Source: Lytechinus pictus (Eukaryota). From it: a DNA stretch of 64,000 nucleotides. The notes under the pieces were generated by a model. It was not told the origin of the DNA. It did no database searches and saw only the letters and a program-made list of their open reading frames with translations. The stretch covers positions 4,280,001 through 4,344,000 of the forward strand of contig NC_087250.1 of the NCBI RefSeq assembly GCF_037042905.1. Reading direction: 5' to 3'. Below are positions 13,760 through 27,024 of this stretch, piece after piece; the stretch's first letter is position 1, and every line of letters begins with the position of its first letter. Made by a program: the position numbers and the translations under genes.

Positions 13760-14085
13760 CGACACGGTTTATCTTGATAGGTGACTGTGACCCAAGAATT
13801 TAATTGCCAGCGATCCACCAATAATCCATGTTAGATGTAGTGTCGATTCGATAAACTTTAACGCTATAGAGAAGGCAGCGTGTATAATAAGTGGTAAAGA
13901 ATTTCATTTTAATTTCTTTCCTAACAATCATATTGTCTGATCCAGTAATATTTTGTGCAGTTGTTTCTGTTAATCATTATTCAATGTTCAAATTATTTGG
14001 AAAAATCTAATACGTATCATGCAAACCATACATATCACGTTAATTTAGTTTATTTTGACACTTTCTTTTCGTTCAATCCATGCTC

Positions 14086-15140
14086 TTTTTTTTAAAGGAT
14101 GTTTTATTGTATTCTCTCAAATCAAAATAAACATTTACATTCCATAAGCAAGTTGTACAAACTATTTGAAACATGATTATAAATTATACAATAAATCCAT
14201 AACAAATATAATTATACAAACTATACATCAAACTTCAAAGATACTAGAAATTAATACTAATGCGTTTCAGCAATTACAAAATGAAATATTAACAAGATGT
14301 ATGAATGATAAGAGAGAAAAAAAAGATAAAAAGTGTTGTTCTACCTCCCAACCCCCCCCCGTCCCCAGGTTAGGAGCACCCTCCCCTTTTTGTGCCTATA
14401 CTCTACATGGAAGGGAATACAATTCTCCGTATTTATGTATTTTTGTATTTTTTTTTGGTTTTGTCACTCGTTGTATATATACCTTTGCCTCAATCTCCCT
14501 ATATATTCTTTTAATTCAGATTTCCCATTTCCTTAAATGCAGAGACATCTTACCTCTACCTAGCGCCAGCCTTCTTTCTTCCCATTCTTCTTCTTTAAAT
14601 TTCCTTTTAATTTCATCCATGGTTATAAGTGCACCCTTTTCCCTCCCTTTGAAGATCAAAAATTTAACAAAGATTAGAAAATGATTGACTAAACGTTCCT
14701 TTCCTTCGTCCTTTAATTCTACACCTACAATAATTTCCTCCCAGCTTAAATTGCCCGTCGAAATAAAACCAAACATCTCCTTACAATTATCCCAAATCAG
14801 ACAAGCGTATTCACATTCCAAAAATAGATGGCGATATGTTTCCTCCTCTTTTTTACAATAACAATAAGATTATTCTGTGAGATTTTAAAACGGAACAAGT
14901 GATGATTTGTATAAGCAATGCCGTGTAACATTTTAAACTGAAACTCTCTTAATCTACTGTTCAGAGTACATTGTCTTGGTCTCATAAAAATGTGTTCAAT
15001 CTTTTCATAAGAAAAACTATATTTGTTTTTTAACCTTTCGAAAACATCAGGTATTGCGAAGTTACATTTCATAGAATTTGCATAAACGTTTTTAGATACT
15101 AACTCCTCTATTGACAAAATTCTTTTTCCAGATATAAATT
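14086..15140 (-). pseudogene. 5'-truncated L1/Tx1-type LINE 3' end
   Basis: ORF2 C-terminus LREFQFKMLHGIAYTNHHLFRFK...ECEYACLIW...HLRKWEI (zf-RVT region, frameshifted), followed by AATAAA and a poly(A) tail at ~14086-14110. Confidence 0.85.
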
Positions 15141-16373
15141 AAGCTCTTGCATCGATCGCAACAAACACTATTGAACAAGTCATCACGTGCAAGAGTGTTT
15201 TTTTTTTGTTTTTTTTATGGCTAGGTGGCCACTCACTGCTAGGCAACAGTGAGTGATGACCAATTTCAACTTCCTGATAGAAGCACATCATCCACCAACC
15301 AAGTAGCTGACAACTAAAAAATCTACCGCAACAATGCTCTCACATCACGTATATCAAGCTCAGCGGTGCAACCTACCAAGTCCAGTAGGACAGTCCAGAA
15401 GGGAAAGGAAAGGATAATCTACTGTTCGAATGCGTAAAGAAACGTTGACAGACGGAGACGCTGGTTGTAAGGGCATAATCTGCCTTTGACCATGAACACC
15501 CAACGAGCAGTGATGCTCGGGAGAATGAATGTACCAGGCCCTCCATTCCCATCTTAATTGGAGAGAGTTTACCAAAGAGGCGTTCACAATGGGGACACGG
15601 TTACAGGAGAGGGCGGATGCGGAGTCAATCCCTCTCGCGACGCCTCAATGAAAGACGCAATACCACGGCGGTCAACTTCCATGTCGATGCCATTTCCTCC
15701 CTTGGTGAGCTGCAGTCCGGGAACCAGCGGGGTTAGCCTAGGTGAAGTGGTTATCATTTTTTAATCTTTATAGCAATATAGTATGTATGCTCCTTAGTAA
15801 TGAAATGAGCGTCTGGCTGGTCGTTGGTGATATGTGTGACTTAGAGGGCCATGAAAAGGACCCCCCCCCAAAAAAAAAAAATTAGGCTAGCTTAGCTGAA
15901 AAAGTAACCTCATGGAATTTGTGGGCTATTGTACTACAAATAGCGTCAGGTTCATTGAACAAAAAAATAATGCCAGACATTTTTGGTGGTATAGGAGTCA
16001 TCATTCTGTTTTCCAGCTCTCAAAATGTTCTCACTCTTTTCGCTTGCGCGCATATTGATATTAACTGTAATTCGTTATTTTATATCCCAACAAATCCATT
16101 ACAGTAGTCATCGAACAATCTGTATAGCCTTTAAACTGAAAGATAGTAGTATTATGTACACATTAACATTATACATCTACGTATTAAATTGGGTGATTCC
16201 AAGTACGGTTTTGACACCAGCCACAACACCGTACTTGAAACCAGGCTGGTGAGAATATCACGTATTTCCGGCCGGTCGTGTTGAACGCTGGTGTTGAAGG
16301 TCGTCTACTGGCACAATATACTTTTATTTGTGTACTTGGAGTACTTTTTCCTTTCCCCAAGGTCGTGCGTGCG

Positions 16374-16695
16374 GTAAATTGCCAATTCGTCCACTCACCA
16401 CAAGGTCTACTTTCATTTAGTACAATGCCATTCCGTCTAATCACCATTTCGTCTCATAACTATTTGGTCTAATATCCATTTAATTTTCATTCATTTTGCA
16501 CAATTAATTTTTTTTAAATTAGACAAAATGGTATATGGACTAAATGGTTATTGGACCAACTGGTTATTATACGAAATGGTGAGTGGACAAATTGGCAATT
16601 AGACCATATGGGTAGTTGACGAACCGATGGTAGACCAAATGATAGTAATCGAGTTGGCAATTGGACAATGGGCATTAGACGAATTGGAAATAAAC
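16374..16695. repeat. Foldback MITE built of short CCATTTCGTCTAA / TAGACCAAATGG units (relatives at 23920-24325 and 24560-25220)
   Basis: Left half repeats CCA(T/A)TTCGTC, right half repeats the reverse complement. Similar to 23920-24325. Confidence 0.6.
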
Positions 16696-17970
16696 CATGC
16701 GTACGGCAGTGCACAACGAGCTCCTTCCAGCTTGTGTATATCAGAGATGATTTTCCCATTCACCACCAACAACCCCTAGGTATTAGGTAATTCTTGATTT
16801 TAAGTTTGATTAGTATTGGCGTCGATGATATGAAGCTCACCAAAAGGCGGCAAACATGATGAAACATCCCCGTAAAATTAGCTTTACAGTTACAGTCCGG
16901 GGTGCAGAACCTTGGACCAGGCATATGCACTGTTCTTCAAGACATTTATATACTCTCTACTTATATTAAAAAATGGTAGCAGAGACACTGGTTTTCAATG
17001 GGCCCCTGTATTAATACCAAATTATGTACACAGAAACATGAATAGAGCAAAACTAAAACTATAAGGCCTGTACATACTATAAAGGTATAAGTTATAAATG
17101 TAGTATAAATTTGAATATGAAAAAAAATCTAACGTAATCGAATTGAAATAGAAAAGGGTCGGTTAACTACGGAATAACAAATTTACAACGAACATTAAGC
17201 TCTTATTTTGATCATTTATAATAAGACTTTTACACATATGAATAGATAAAACGGCCATATACGTTAATGATAATAATAATAGGCATTTATATAGCGCCAT
17301 CTATCTAGAAATATTCTATTCCGAGGCGCGTTATTATTATTATTCCTTGTGGGTTAGGTCAATATAGAGTTTATGTTACAATCCATCTTTCTGGAACTAC
17401 CCTCCCTCATCAATTCTTGTTTCACCTCCTCTAAATGTATTTTAGAAAACATAACAATTCCAAAGAATGCATTTGGTCGAAATCCTTACTCTGTACTTAT
17501 GTATTTATAGTGAATTTTGTATTCAAATTCTTATCATATCCCCTCTAAAAAACAGTTTTAGCTCTTTAATTCTTTGACTTTACCTTATAGGAGTACTGTA
17601 TCGACAAAAACTGATTTTTTTTTATTAAAAGTATTCCTCAATTCCATCCTTGTTTTTTTTTCTTTAACTCATTTATATATTCTACGTATGTGTATCAACA
17701 CATTTCTGTACTTATCTTTTGATTGAAAATAAATGAATTGAATCGAATTGAATGTTCTGTTTTCTTTTACTTCAATGTCATGAAGTCGTGTGAGCAAGCA
17801 AAGTCTGATCGAGCATCGAACATCATGGACATAGGAACATTCATATCTTTCTTCGCGGAAGACAGCCTGCAAGGGTAATCGATTCTTTAGCAGTCACGCC
17901 GCTAAACTAGCCATAATTTATCCAATAGATGAAGGCTGTTTTCCATTTTCCATTAGTGCACATTATATAG

Positions 17971-18105
17971 ATATGCATGGACAGCTTCAGTTACATCATA
18001 TAAGAATGTTGCAGCTGAATTCTATCGTTTGGATCCAATGCACTGTCGCGTTTCTGTTCGTATATATTCGAGGACTACTGCATGAACCTCGCCGTCAGGT
18101 GATGG
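17971..18105 (-). repeat. Tandem duplicate of the 3' end of gene A's last coding exon, in the 3' UTR
   Basis: 17971-18105 aligns to 18127-18257 (period ~156 bp), including the SYMM-stop sequence. Confidence 0.9.
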
Positions 18106-18146
18106 TGATGATGGCATATTGTACAAATATGCATGGACAGCTTCAG

Positions 18147-18384
18147 TTACATCATATATGAATGTTGCAGCCGAATGCCATCGTTGGGATCCAATGCACT
18201 GTCGCGTTTCTGTTCATATATCCTTGAGGAGTACTGAACCTCTCCGCCAGATGATGGCGACGAGGTTGATTCCCTGACATCCTGAATATCATGATAAAAA
18301 CCTGTGTCTTTATCGGTCGAACTTGAGGAACGGACCACATCCAAAGGTTGTGTCTTCTGGTCGCTGTTTGACTCTTTCATCATC
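18147..18384 (-). CDS. Gene A exon 7: cytoplasmic tail to stop
   Basis: Acceptor CTATAG|G, phase 2. Encodes MMKESNSDQKTQPLDVVRSSSSTDKDTGFYHDIQDV...VQYSSRIYEQKRDSALDPNDGIRLQHSYMM*. Paralogous to 47767-47968. Confidence 0.9.
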
Positions 18385-19074
18385 CTATAGGAAACAAATG
18401 ATACGAAAGAACAATGAAAATGAAAATAATAAGCAAGTACACTGGGTCTTCTGACCCATGTTAGAAACTTTCATCATTATGTACAACAGAACCAACGTTT
18501 AGAGAGAAGAATTAAAATGCAATAGACATGTCAGGACGAATGAAAGAACTTAAAGGGCGATGTTCAATATATTCTGATTAAGTTGCTAAAAAGATGAGTT
18601 GGTTTATTGATTTCTACTGATGGTGTTATTTCCCAATATTACGTTGGAAGAACTGTGGATTCAAACTTGTGAAATATATACCCTGATGGATCATGGCAAA
18701 CTTGATGCTGACGATGAAGCTGTATGGAACGCGAACGTTAATTTCTATCGGAGTTACGTACTCGGCGCCATCTTCACTATGAAGATGAGAACTTAGAATC
18801 ACCAGAGCTTGGACATTCGGAACATGCAATCTGCGTAAGCATCGTATAACAAAATGGGGAGCTGGCGCCGTATATGTACGTATGTCCACGGAATACGTGG
18901 ATCGAGCACCTCTTACTGAGGGAATCAACGTGCCGATTGACATTTGTCAAATCCATCAAGTTGATTCAATGATATTTTTTCCATATTGAAACCGATTCTT
19001 TAAACTGGTATCAATTCGAGGGGTAAAAGAAACGACGTATAGAGCAACATTTATTTAAAAAAAGGTAGCGAACA

Positions 19075-19290
19075 TTTAGACACCAGCCCGGAATCTATAT
19101 ATTTCCACACCAGAAAAGTATTAAACAATACCAGTTTCGTTTTGGTCTAGACACCAGATAGGTGTTTATACAACACCAATTAGTATTAAAACAGCATCGG
19201 TTTGATTCCCAACTGGTGTTGTTTTAATACTTCTCTGGTGTGGACATATATAGATTCCGGGCTGGTGTTAAATCAACGTCGGATTTTTTG
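19075..19290. mobile_element. ~215-bp palindromic MITE (second copy at 29455-29672)
   Basis: ACACCAGCCCGGAATCTAT / ATAGATTCCGGGCTGGTGT inverted arms in both copies. Confidence 0.75.
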
Positions 19291-19362
19291 CATTGTATGT
19301 ATTATGATCACCGGCAATATTTTTTTTCAGACATTATATCAGTAATAATTATTGGTACTTAC

Positions 19363-19453
19363 TTTCGCATTCGGAGGTTGTTCAGTACCAATGCAATGAC
19401 AATTACTACTAGAATAATGATGACAACGCCTTCGCCTATACCAACGGCAATAC
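19363..19453 (-). CDS. Gene A exon 6: transmembrane helix
   Basis: 91 nt, CAG| ... |GTAAGT. Encodes CIAVGIGEGVVIIILVVIVIALVLNNLRMRK. Same size and phase as gene B exon 6. Confidence 0.9.
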
Positions 19454-19983
19454 CTGTGGCAATGAAAAAGGACCACACATGTACAAATAAGTGGTACAAA
19501 CTTGTTTAGAATTCATTTGAATTTGGTATATCATTGTTGCTATCTTGTTTATCTTTTTTTAGATATGAATTCATACCTTCACTTATAAATTCAACATAAA
19601 CCTTTGTATCAATAATGTGTAATGTGGGTAACATAAAAAAAGAGACGTGTGGTACTTTGAAGCTAACGTATATATAGCAGGAGGTTTATTCACGCAAGAC
19701 AAGCGGCCGTGGTAGCAAGTTGAAGTGTGTCGACATCGATACTTTTATCATAACACCTTTCTCAAATTTGTTCAATGTCATTCGTTACTTCCGAAACAAA
19801 GAAGCTTGTCGTATTTCTTAGAAGACTTTTTTCTTAAATAAATATCAATCATCATATAAAATATAAAGACCAAATCGACGTCCTTTTTCGTGTCTTGGGA
19901 AATTATTTATATTAAGAAAATTGTCTATAAACACATATTAGATATTGCAAACATAATAAATGGTACAAATCGTATATATTTAC

Positions 19984-20184
19984 AAGAATTGGAACCAGAT
20001 TGTGGGAGTATTGATGACAAGGTTGTAGTCGTTGGTGAAGACGTCAAATCATTGTTTGGATTAATGGACATCTCTGAGGTTGGTTGATCGGTAATCACGG
20101 TCATTTCGGTGCTCATTTCTAGCACTTTCTCAGTTGATTTGATGATCCCAATAGTATGTGTGGTTTCCCTAGTTTCGGTGTCAA
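19984..20184 (-). CDS. Gene A exon 5: Ser/Thr-rich stalk
   Basis: 201 nt, phase 1-1, TAG| ... |GTAAAT. Encodes IDTETRETTHT...SSPTTTTLSSILPQSGSNS. Confidence 0.85.
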
Positions 20185-20596
20185 CTATAAAGTAACAAAT
20201 ACAAAATTAATCCTAGAAAGACTTTACTATTTTTGACGCCATAGAAGACAGGGGCCGATTAAGCCCCTACCCCCTCCCCCTTATTCTCTTATAGCCGTCG
20301 ACCGCGCGATCGCGACGGAAATCGACACGTGCGTTACACATGGCATAATCTACAAAACTGTAAGATCTTTTTTTTTCTCGAAATATTACATTACTAATTA
20401 ACTAATTAAACTAATTTACTAATTAGCTAATAAACTAATTCAGGCGTAAAATCAGTGAATTTTTCTAATTGAATAAGGCCTCCAAACTGTTTTTACGACA
20501 ATTATATATCACTATTTTTTCATATGAATTTTAATGTTTTAAATATCCTTTATATTCAAGTACAGTACCTTAACATTCACGAGCACCTATACTCAC

Positions 20597-20899
20597 TTCT
20601 AAAGACAGCTATGTATCCTTGCCCACCACAACTCTCAGTTGGGTCTCCTTGGCATGGTGATTGACATTCCCTATCCGATGCTACCCCATGCCTAGTGTAG
20701 TTATCACTGGCTCCACCACAGAAACATTCATTCCCATTATTAAATCCCGCGTATGCATAGTCAGATGAGTTTATCACGGTTATGGCGTTACAATACTGGA
20801 TGCAGTAGGAGATGGTCATAAGTGGCTCAGCAAGTAAACTATCACCAGTAAAAACTCGGTCACCCGGTTTGTCGACATAGCATCCAAGATAATTAACAC
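20597..20899 (-). CDS. Gene A exon 4: WSC domain
   Basis: 303 nt, phase 1-1. YLGCYVD...MTISYCIQYC...YAYAGFNNGNECFCG...CQSPCQGDPTESCGGQGYIAVF is the 8-Cys WSC pattern. Confidence 0.95.
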
Positions 20900-21571
20900 C
20901 TGCATAATAAACAACACGAATACAAAAATAATGTACATTTATAACTAAATAATATTTTCTTGATATCAGAGGTATCTTGTATTTTCCTTCTTTCTACACT
21001 TTCTTCTGGATAAAGTAAAACAAATATTCAAACCTACTGACATCTTTTCTTGTGTTATAATATCAGTATGTGCCATTATTTGCATTGATCGAGAAGCACA
21101 AGATTTCATCATTTCACAGATATCGAACTATTGCATTACTCAAATAATTGATTCCGGGACAACGTGACAACGTCAGGCAAATTTATCAGGTCAACAGTCA
21201 ATTATCAAGATTGTTCTACATGTAGAATTGCTTTTCACCACAGCAAAGCTGCTATCAATGCCAATGGCGAGACCCATAGAACCAAGCCTCCGAGCCCAGA
21301 TTGTAAAAGCTACGGTATTCATGGTATTGAGAACAAAACAAGTCGGCGTTCACCTTGAGACGTGAACATAACAAACAGGACAAGTTTAAGTTTTACACCA
21401 ACGGTTTATAAATCAGAATCATGAAATAAGCACTAGTGTAGAATGGCGTGGGTGTGTGAAGACCAATTGCATATCTTTAATAAAGCTGTTATGTCAGTGC
21501 AGATGTTCGAAAATTATTCATTAGAATGTCTTAGAAAATATATTATATGTCTTCTTTTGACTGTAGCCTAC

Positions 21572-21646
21572 CATGACACGAAGCTGCTCCAGTGATTGAA
21601 CAACTTTGTTGCTGAAACAGTTGGCATCCAGCTAAGTCGTCTTCTC
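21572..21646 (-). CDS. Gene A exon 3: C-terminal part of SRCR domain
   Basis: 75 nt, CCAG| ... |GTAGG. Encodes REDDLAGCQLFQQQSCSITGAASCH. Matches gene B exon 3. Confidence 0.9.
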
Positions 21647-22634
21647 CTGGAAATATGGGAAAAAAGCTCTTGAAAATGTAAATTCGAAGTATAGTAGTCT
21701 TTATGGGTGTGTATGTGTTCGGGGTTGATAAACTATCTTAAATAGGATCAATTTGAGAAACGATGACAATGTCAATTAAAAGGACCCTACTTGTAACTAC
21801 ACAATTTAACAAAATAATTCCACATTGATGCAATATGTGTCAGTGGTTCGATATTCGGCTTCCCACTCATGCCAACGGCAAAGTTTTAATCATTCCGTGT
21901 ACTCTTTATCCACGCATTGAATTAATGAAAATGGTAAATAGGACTTATTTGTCTCTGTTTTTTATCAAGAACCGGGCAAGGAAGAAAGACATCTTTATCA
22001 AATTGTTCCATGTTGTTATCATAAAAAAAATCCCTGATATAACAGATTAAATTTCGTGAATTTTAATCTAAGAGTACTTGCAATTTTATGCAAATAGAAT
22101 AGATAGATGGGCGTCGTCGTATTTTATATCAGTATTGACCAATAAAATCAAACCTATTCGTTTCGAAGGATCACATCAGACATACGGAGAAAAAAAAGTA
22201 CCACCGTGCACATTTGAAGGTACAATGCAACACTTGAAGAAATGTTTTAAAAGTAAAAATGAAGAAAATGTTTGAAGACTACAAAGAAGCATTTGTGGCT
22301 AGAGTGGATGTAACATAACATAACTTCCCCAAATTGGATCATTATTCAACTGACAATAATAATGGTCTCGTCGTGGGCAATAAAGATATATATATGGATG
22401 ATATTATTAAATTCTGTTAAAAGGAAAGTGTGTATACACGTACCTTGAGAAATGAATTTATCGAAGCATTATACCGGTTAAACAACGTGACAATATTTGT
22501 TGATACTATTGAAAAACAAATCTCTCAGTGAGTAAATCTGTATCCGGTGCTTGAAAGAAAATAGAAATGAAGATGCTGATTGTTCTATTTAAAATAATGT
22601 TTGAAAGTTTATGAATTCATCTTCTTATGCTTAC

Positions 22635-22853
22635 TTCCATTGCAAAATAGCCCTATCGTTGGTGGTGTTGGATCCTGTCCATACGGCGTGCTAAATATTG
22701 CTCTATTTGCCCCTGTATACCCTAACTGCTTACAAATGACAATGACGTCATTGATGTCAAGATGTATTCCACATGTTGTCTCCCATGTGCCATTATCTTG
22801 CATTATCTGCACTGTTCCTTTAACAGGAGATGGACCGCCAACAAGACGCACAT
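22635..22853 (-). CDS. Gene A exon 2: N-terminal part of SRCR domain
   Basis: 219 nt, phase 1-1. Encodes VRLVGGPSPVKGTVQIMQDNGTWETTCG...DVIVICKQLGY...YGQ...LFCNG. Confidence 0.95.
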
Positions 22854-23642
22854 CTGCAATTAAAATGGGCAAAGATATTCATTGCTATTGTTGGCATTGA
22901 TTTAAATATTCCTATGTTGCATTTAATTCTAATGTTACACACTTAAACAAATAGAAATGCAGATTCTCGAAAAAAAAGAGGGGCGATTCCAAGCAAAAGC
23001 GGTTATTTTCCAAATTCCTTTATTGGCTCCATTGAAAATTTGAAAATTGAAAAAAAAAACCATTGAAAATCACAGTTTTAATAAAAGTTCATATGGAAGT
23101 TCATACATTCGAAAGGGATCATAACTAGCAAAACAAAATATGTCGTAACGTATATCCTTAAAGAAGAATCCAAACAATACAAAAGTTTATATATAGGACA
23201 ACATCTAGGAAGCTATTATTTTATACGTCAGTGCAGTTAGAATGAGTTAACGGAGTCTCCCTAGATAAGCATCCGCTTTCCAGAAGTTTTCTGCAACCTT
23301 AGGAATATATTCAAAATACCCATCAAATCACAATAGGCAGATTAGAGGTCAAAAAATGGTGGACCGGAACAGCAACTCGTCTTAAGATTCGGACCTAGTC
23401 TTTTGTAAACTACGGCACTGCTGTTTTGATTCACCCATTTCGACGAAGGCTGCTTTGTTGTGAAGCGCTTTTGACAAAAGATTTTCTGCGCTGTAGAAGC
23501 GTCTGGGAAGTAATTGCCAAAATATCTTATTATAGGCTCACATAAACGTTGTATTATCAGAAAAATAAGATTTTTAGGTTAACTCTATGAGCACCAGAGA
23601 CTTATACATACACGGTGTTAATATTACTAAAAGTGCATTTAC

Positions 23643-23727
23643 CTGTTACGATACCATTGACGAAATAGTCTCCACAGTGAACGAGAAGTATTGTTAAGAG
23701 TATCCAGTCCACTCTGACAGTAGCCAT
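23643..23727 (-). CDS. Gene A exon 1: signal peptide of an SRCR-WSC type I membrane receptor (403 aa in total)
   Basis: ATG at 23727, MATVRVDWILLTILLVHCGDYFVNGIVT, donor G|GTAAAT. The seven exons sum to 1212 nt in one open frame. Confidence 0.9.
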
Positions 23728-26700
23728 GCTCCTTTGTATCAGCTCAAGGTTATCCTCAAAGAATGTCAGTAAACTGGCGAGACTTGTAGACAATAAAGCC
23801 TGGAAAAAAATAGCCCTATCATGATTGTCATATAAATCAAGCATCGTTTACACCTTTATGGATGAAAGGCAGATCATCCCGGATTGTCAATCCTAAGTCA
23901 TCATTGCACAGTCCGGCATGGTAAATTGCAAATTCGACTATCGTCAATTCGTCCACTCATCTAATGGTCCTACCTTTATTATTTTAGTATCATGCATTTC
24001 CGTCCATCAACATTTCGTCTAACAACCATTTGATCCAATAACAATTTGATCCAACCATCCTTTCGTTTAATCACCATTTCATCTCATTACCGCTTAGTCT
24101 ATTATCCATTTTGTTTCCATCCATTTCGCCCCAAAATCTCTTAGTCAATTAGACCAGACGGTATATGGACTAAATGGGTATTGGACCAACTGGTTATTAA
24201 ACAGAATAGTGTTTGAACACAAAGGCAATTAGATACCGTGGTTAGTGGACGTACTGATGGTAGACCAAATGATAGTAAACGATCTAATTATTGGAAGATT
24301 AGGCATTAAACTATTTGAAAAGTCGCCCATCCCGTGCATACCTGATTCTCACCCGACGCCATTTTAGATGTACCGGCATATCCGGGAGAAAAAAATTGAA
24401 CACGTTAAAATTTTATCCCGTACAACAGGGAAAATTTCAGATACCGCCCGCCTAATGACTTTTGGGAATCCTGTTTTGTTTTTCTTCAAATTGTTTTAAC
24501 TCACTCATGCCTGAATGAGGAATCGTCTGAGTTATACCAGATGAAAGAGGAGATAAGCTCAATTGTAGCTCTTTCATTTATTTTGATCTCTGATCGTCTA
24601 ATAGCATACGAGCCAGACCCATTTGCTCTGGTAACCGTTTGGTCTTCCACGTGGTATATTTCTTGGTCTTCCACTTGGTGTATGACTTGGTCGAATATAA
24701 TTGTTCGGTATAATTGCCGAATCGTCGAATAGTCAATGGTCTAATCGCCATTTCATCTAAACCCAAAATAAATATTTCCAGTCTGTTACAGGAATTGACC
24801 AAGTGGTGTTAAGATTAATTAGATATTAGGCCAAATAAAAATTAGACCAAAATAGAAACAACACGGGATGGTAAATAGTCATAATGACAATGAGACCAAA
24901 GGGTAAACTGGTTATAGACGAAATGGAATTAGACAATGTATACTTGTATAGGATAAGGCTAAACGGCCATTAGTCAAATTGGGTTTAGACCAACTGGCGA
25001 AAGTTACCTTACGGGAGGCTACTATAGAGAATAGCAGCAGAGCCCATGGAAAATGTTTTTTTTTTATCCACATGGTCTAACAACAATTGGACTTATTCTC
25101 CGTTTGTCCAATAATACATGAGCCTAACACATTTGGTCTACTAAGAATCTGATCTAATTTGCATCTGGTCTAACAAATACTTGATCTCGTTCTCATTTGG
25201 TCTAATGGCCAAATGGTTTAATTGCAATTGCAACACTACATGACCTATTTTTATTTTTTTTTGTTAAGTGTTGAGTAAAATTGGGTGACAACAAGCCTAT
25301 GTGTGCCCCTCTTCCACAAATTGTCGCCAAAATGAAGAGACGATTTGTGCAGGGGTAACAATTTGTGGTGTCAAATTTTGCACAAATTGTAGCGGGACGA
25401 TAATTTGGAGTGCAACACATGTTGAGTGACGTTTATTCTCTAGGAGCCTCCCTGTTTAGGTCAACCCGGTTCGAGTAGGTAATATGTTTAAAATGTTGAA
25501 AGAAAGAAATAAGAATTAGTTACCTTCTTACAGTAGTTTAGTTACCTTATTACAGTGTTTCTTATAATTCCTCGTTCCAACATTCAATAGTTTGTTATGC
25601 ATGACCATATCAGCATTTCAATGTACGTTCTATTGTCGCTCAAACATCACTTTCAAATTTGATGGCTACTACCTATAAATGCAGCTTAATTAGGAGAAAC
25701 TATGTAAACCAACGAAGCCTCTTCCTAAACTTGATGAAGACTGCATAAGCAGTGCGTACTTAGGTTCTCATAACTTTCTATTTGATAGTTAAACGCGAAT
25801 TAGAAACTTGTATTAGTACGTAGACATACAGACCCGGCGTCAAGAATGAGTCTGCGAACAAGGAAAAAAAAAAAAATACCCAAAGTACATCACATAAATA
25901 TATCTATGCATATTATTGCGAAACAGTGCACTATTTATACTGTTCAGTAAAGCCTGATTTACCACGTACCGCTTACGATTTTAATGGAGGCCTGCCCATG
26001 GGGAACATGAGGAGAGAAACAAGTAAACAGACACGGATCTCGACCCGGCGCTGGCGTCACGCTATTCAAGTCAGGGGACGAAACCACCGACACCAGTATC
26101 TAACTGTAGGAAAGTAATGAAAGCCCAATTAACTGCTTGTGCGTACAAAGGATCATTTGTAAACAGGATTCCTTAAACTATTTGACTATGTTACGATACT
26201 GCAACAAATAACAATGAAAATTTAGTGTTAAATTTGATTTCCTTTTCTTTTTTTACAGGGAATATTTGGATCCCTAAACAAAACATAAATAAATATTGAT
26301 CTTACATCTTTTGAAATGTCAGTTCTGATTATAATCCAACGTTAAATCCAGATTAAATCCAAATTGGCTGGTGAAAATTTCTTAAATTAAAGTTCACAAT
26401 GATGGCGGTGGTGAAATTGCTGTTGAAGCACGATGAATAACAAGAGTCACTGTAACGAGCTGAAAATGTCTGTGAAGACGATGTTGATGATAATTAACAG
26501 TCAATTTCAGCAATCTATGGGTTGAAAAGCGTTCATTAAAACAGGTTGATGATCTCGATGAGTACTGAGGATTCCTCTCTCAGAGTAGCTGCAAACAGTT
26601 CATTGATGGCGTGCAAATAATTCCAAAGAAGATAAATGTTGTATTTCGATTAGAAATAAACTATGCTCTGACATAAAGTCTGGTTTGAAACTCGAGTTCT

Positions 26701-27024
26701 GATCTGATACGATGATGTCCTTGAAGAAACTGCCAGCTTATATCTACAAACTCCCACTATTCTGGAATATTCTAGTATTGTCTTTAAAAAGAACATTCTG
26801 CCAATTTCTAGAGCAGTCTAATTTTAGAAGACCCTTGATGACCTCAGTAAAATTAACAATGTAAACAACATAGCTAGTCCTATTGTCCTTTTCGATGCCA
26901 CTAGCAAGCAGTCTATTTTCTGTCTTAGTGCATTCCAGAAATGACAAAGATTATTCTATTTCATGAAATAGTATGCCTCACACAACTTAACTGAGACATT
27001 CTGGAATATTCTTATTCCTTATAT

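Larger units (their letters stand above)
9630..13860. repeat. Composite ~2-kb local repeat module, partly duplicated in tandem and interrupted by two transposons
   Basis: 9640-11745 (without the 10089-11022 insertion) is the reverse complement of ~38960-40950. Sub-blocks recur at 11770-12360 and 13760-13860. Confidence 0.8.

Noticed and set aside
14166..14684. 172-aa plus-strand ORF
   Set aside because: Antisense to a LINE 3' end and UTR, with low-complexity composition.
15240..15765. GC-richer stretch with short ORFs beside the L1/Tx1 fragment
   Set aside because: No recognisable domain or splice structure, and stops in the frames examined.
18600..18960. Coding-looking segment in gene A intron 6
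   Set aside because: No recognisable motif, no phase-compatible splice sites identified, and no counterpart in gene B.
22443..22550. Possible extra AG...GT exon in gene A intron 2
   Set aside because: Contains an in-frame stop and has no counterpart in gene B.
25722..25765. Hammerhead-like TTGATGAAGACTGCATAAGCAGT flanked by CCTAA/TTAGG
   Set aside because: The GAAA half of the core is missing. At most a decayed Penelope remnant.
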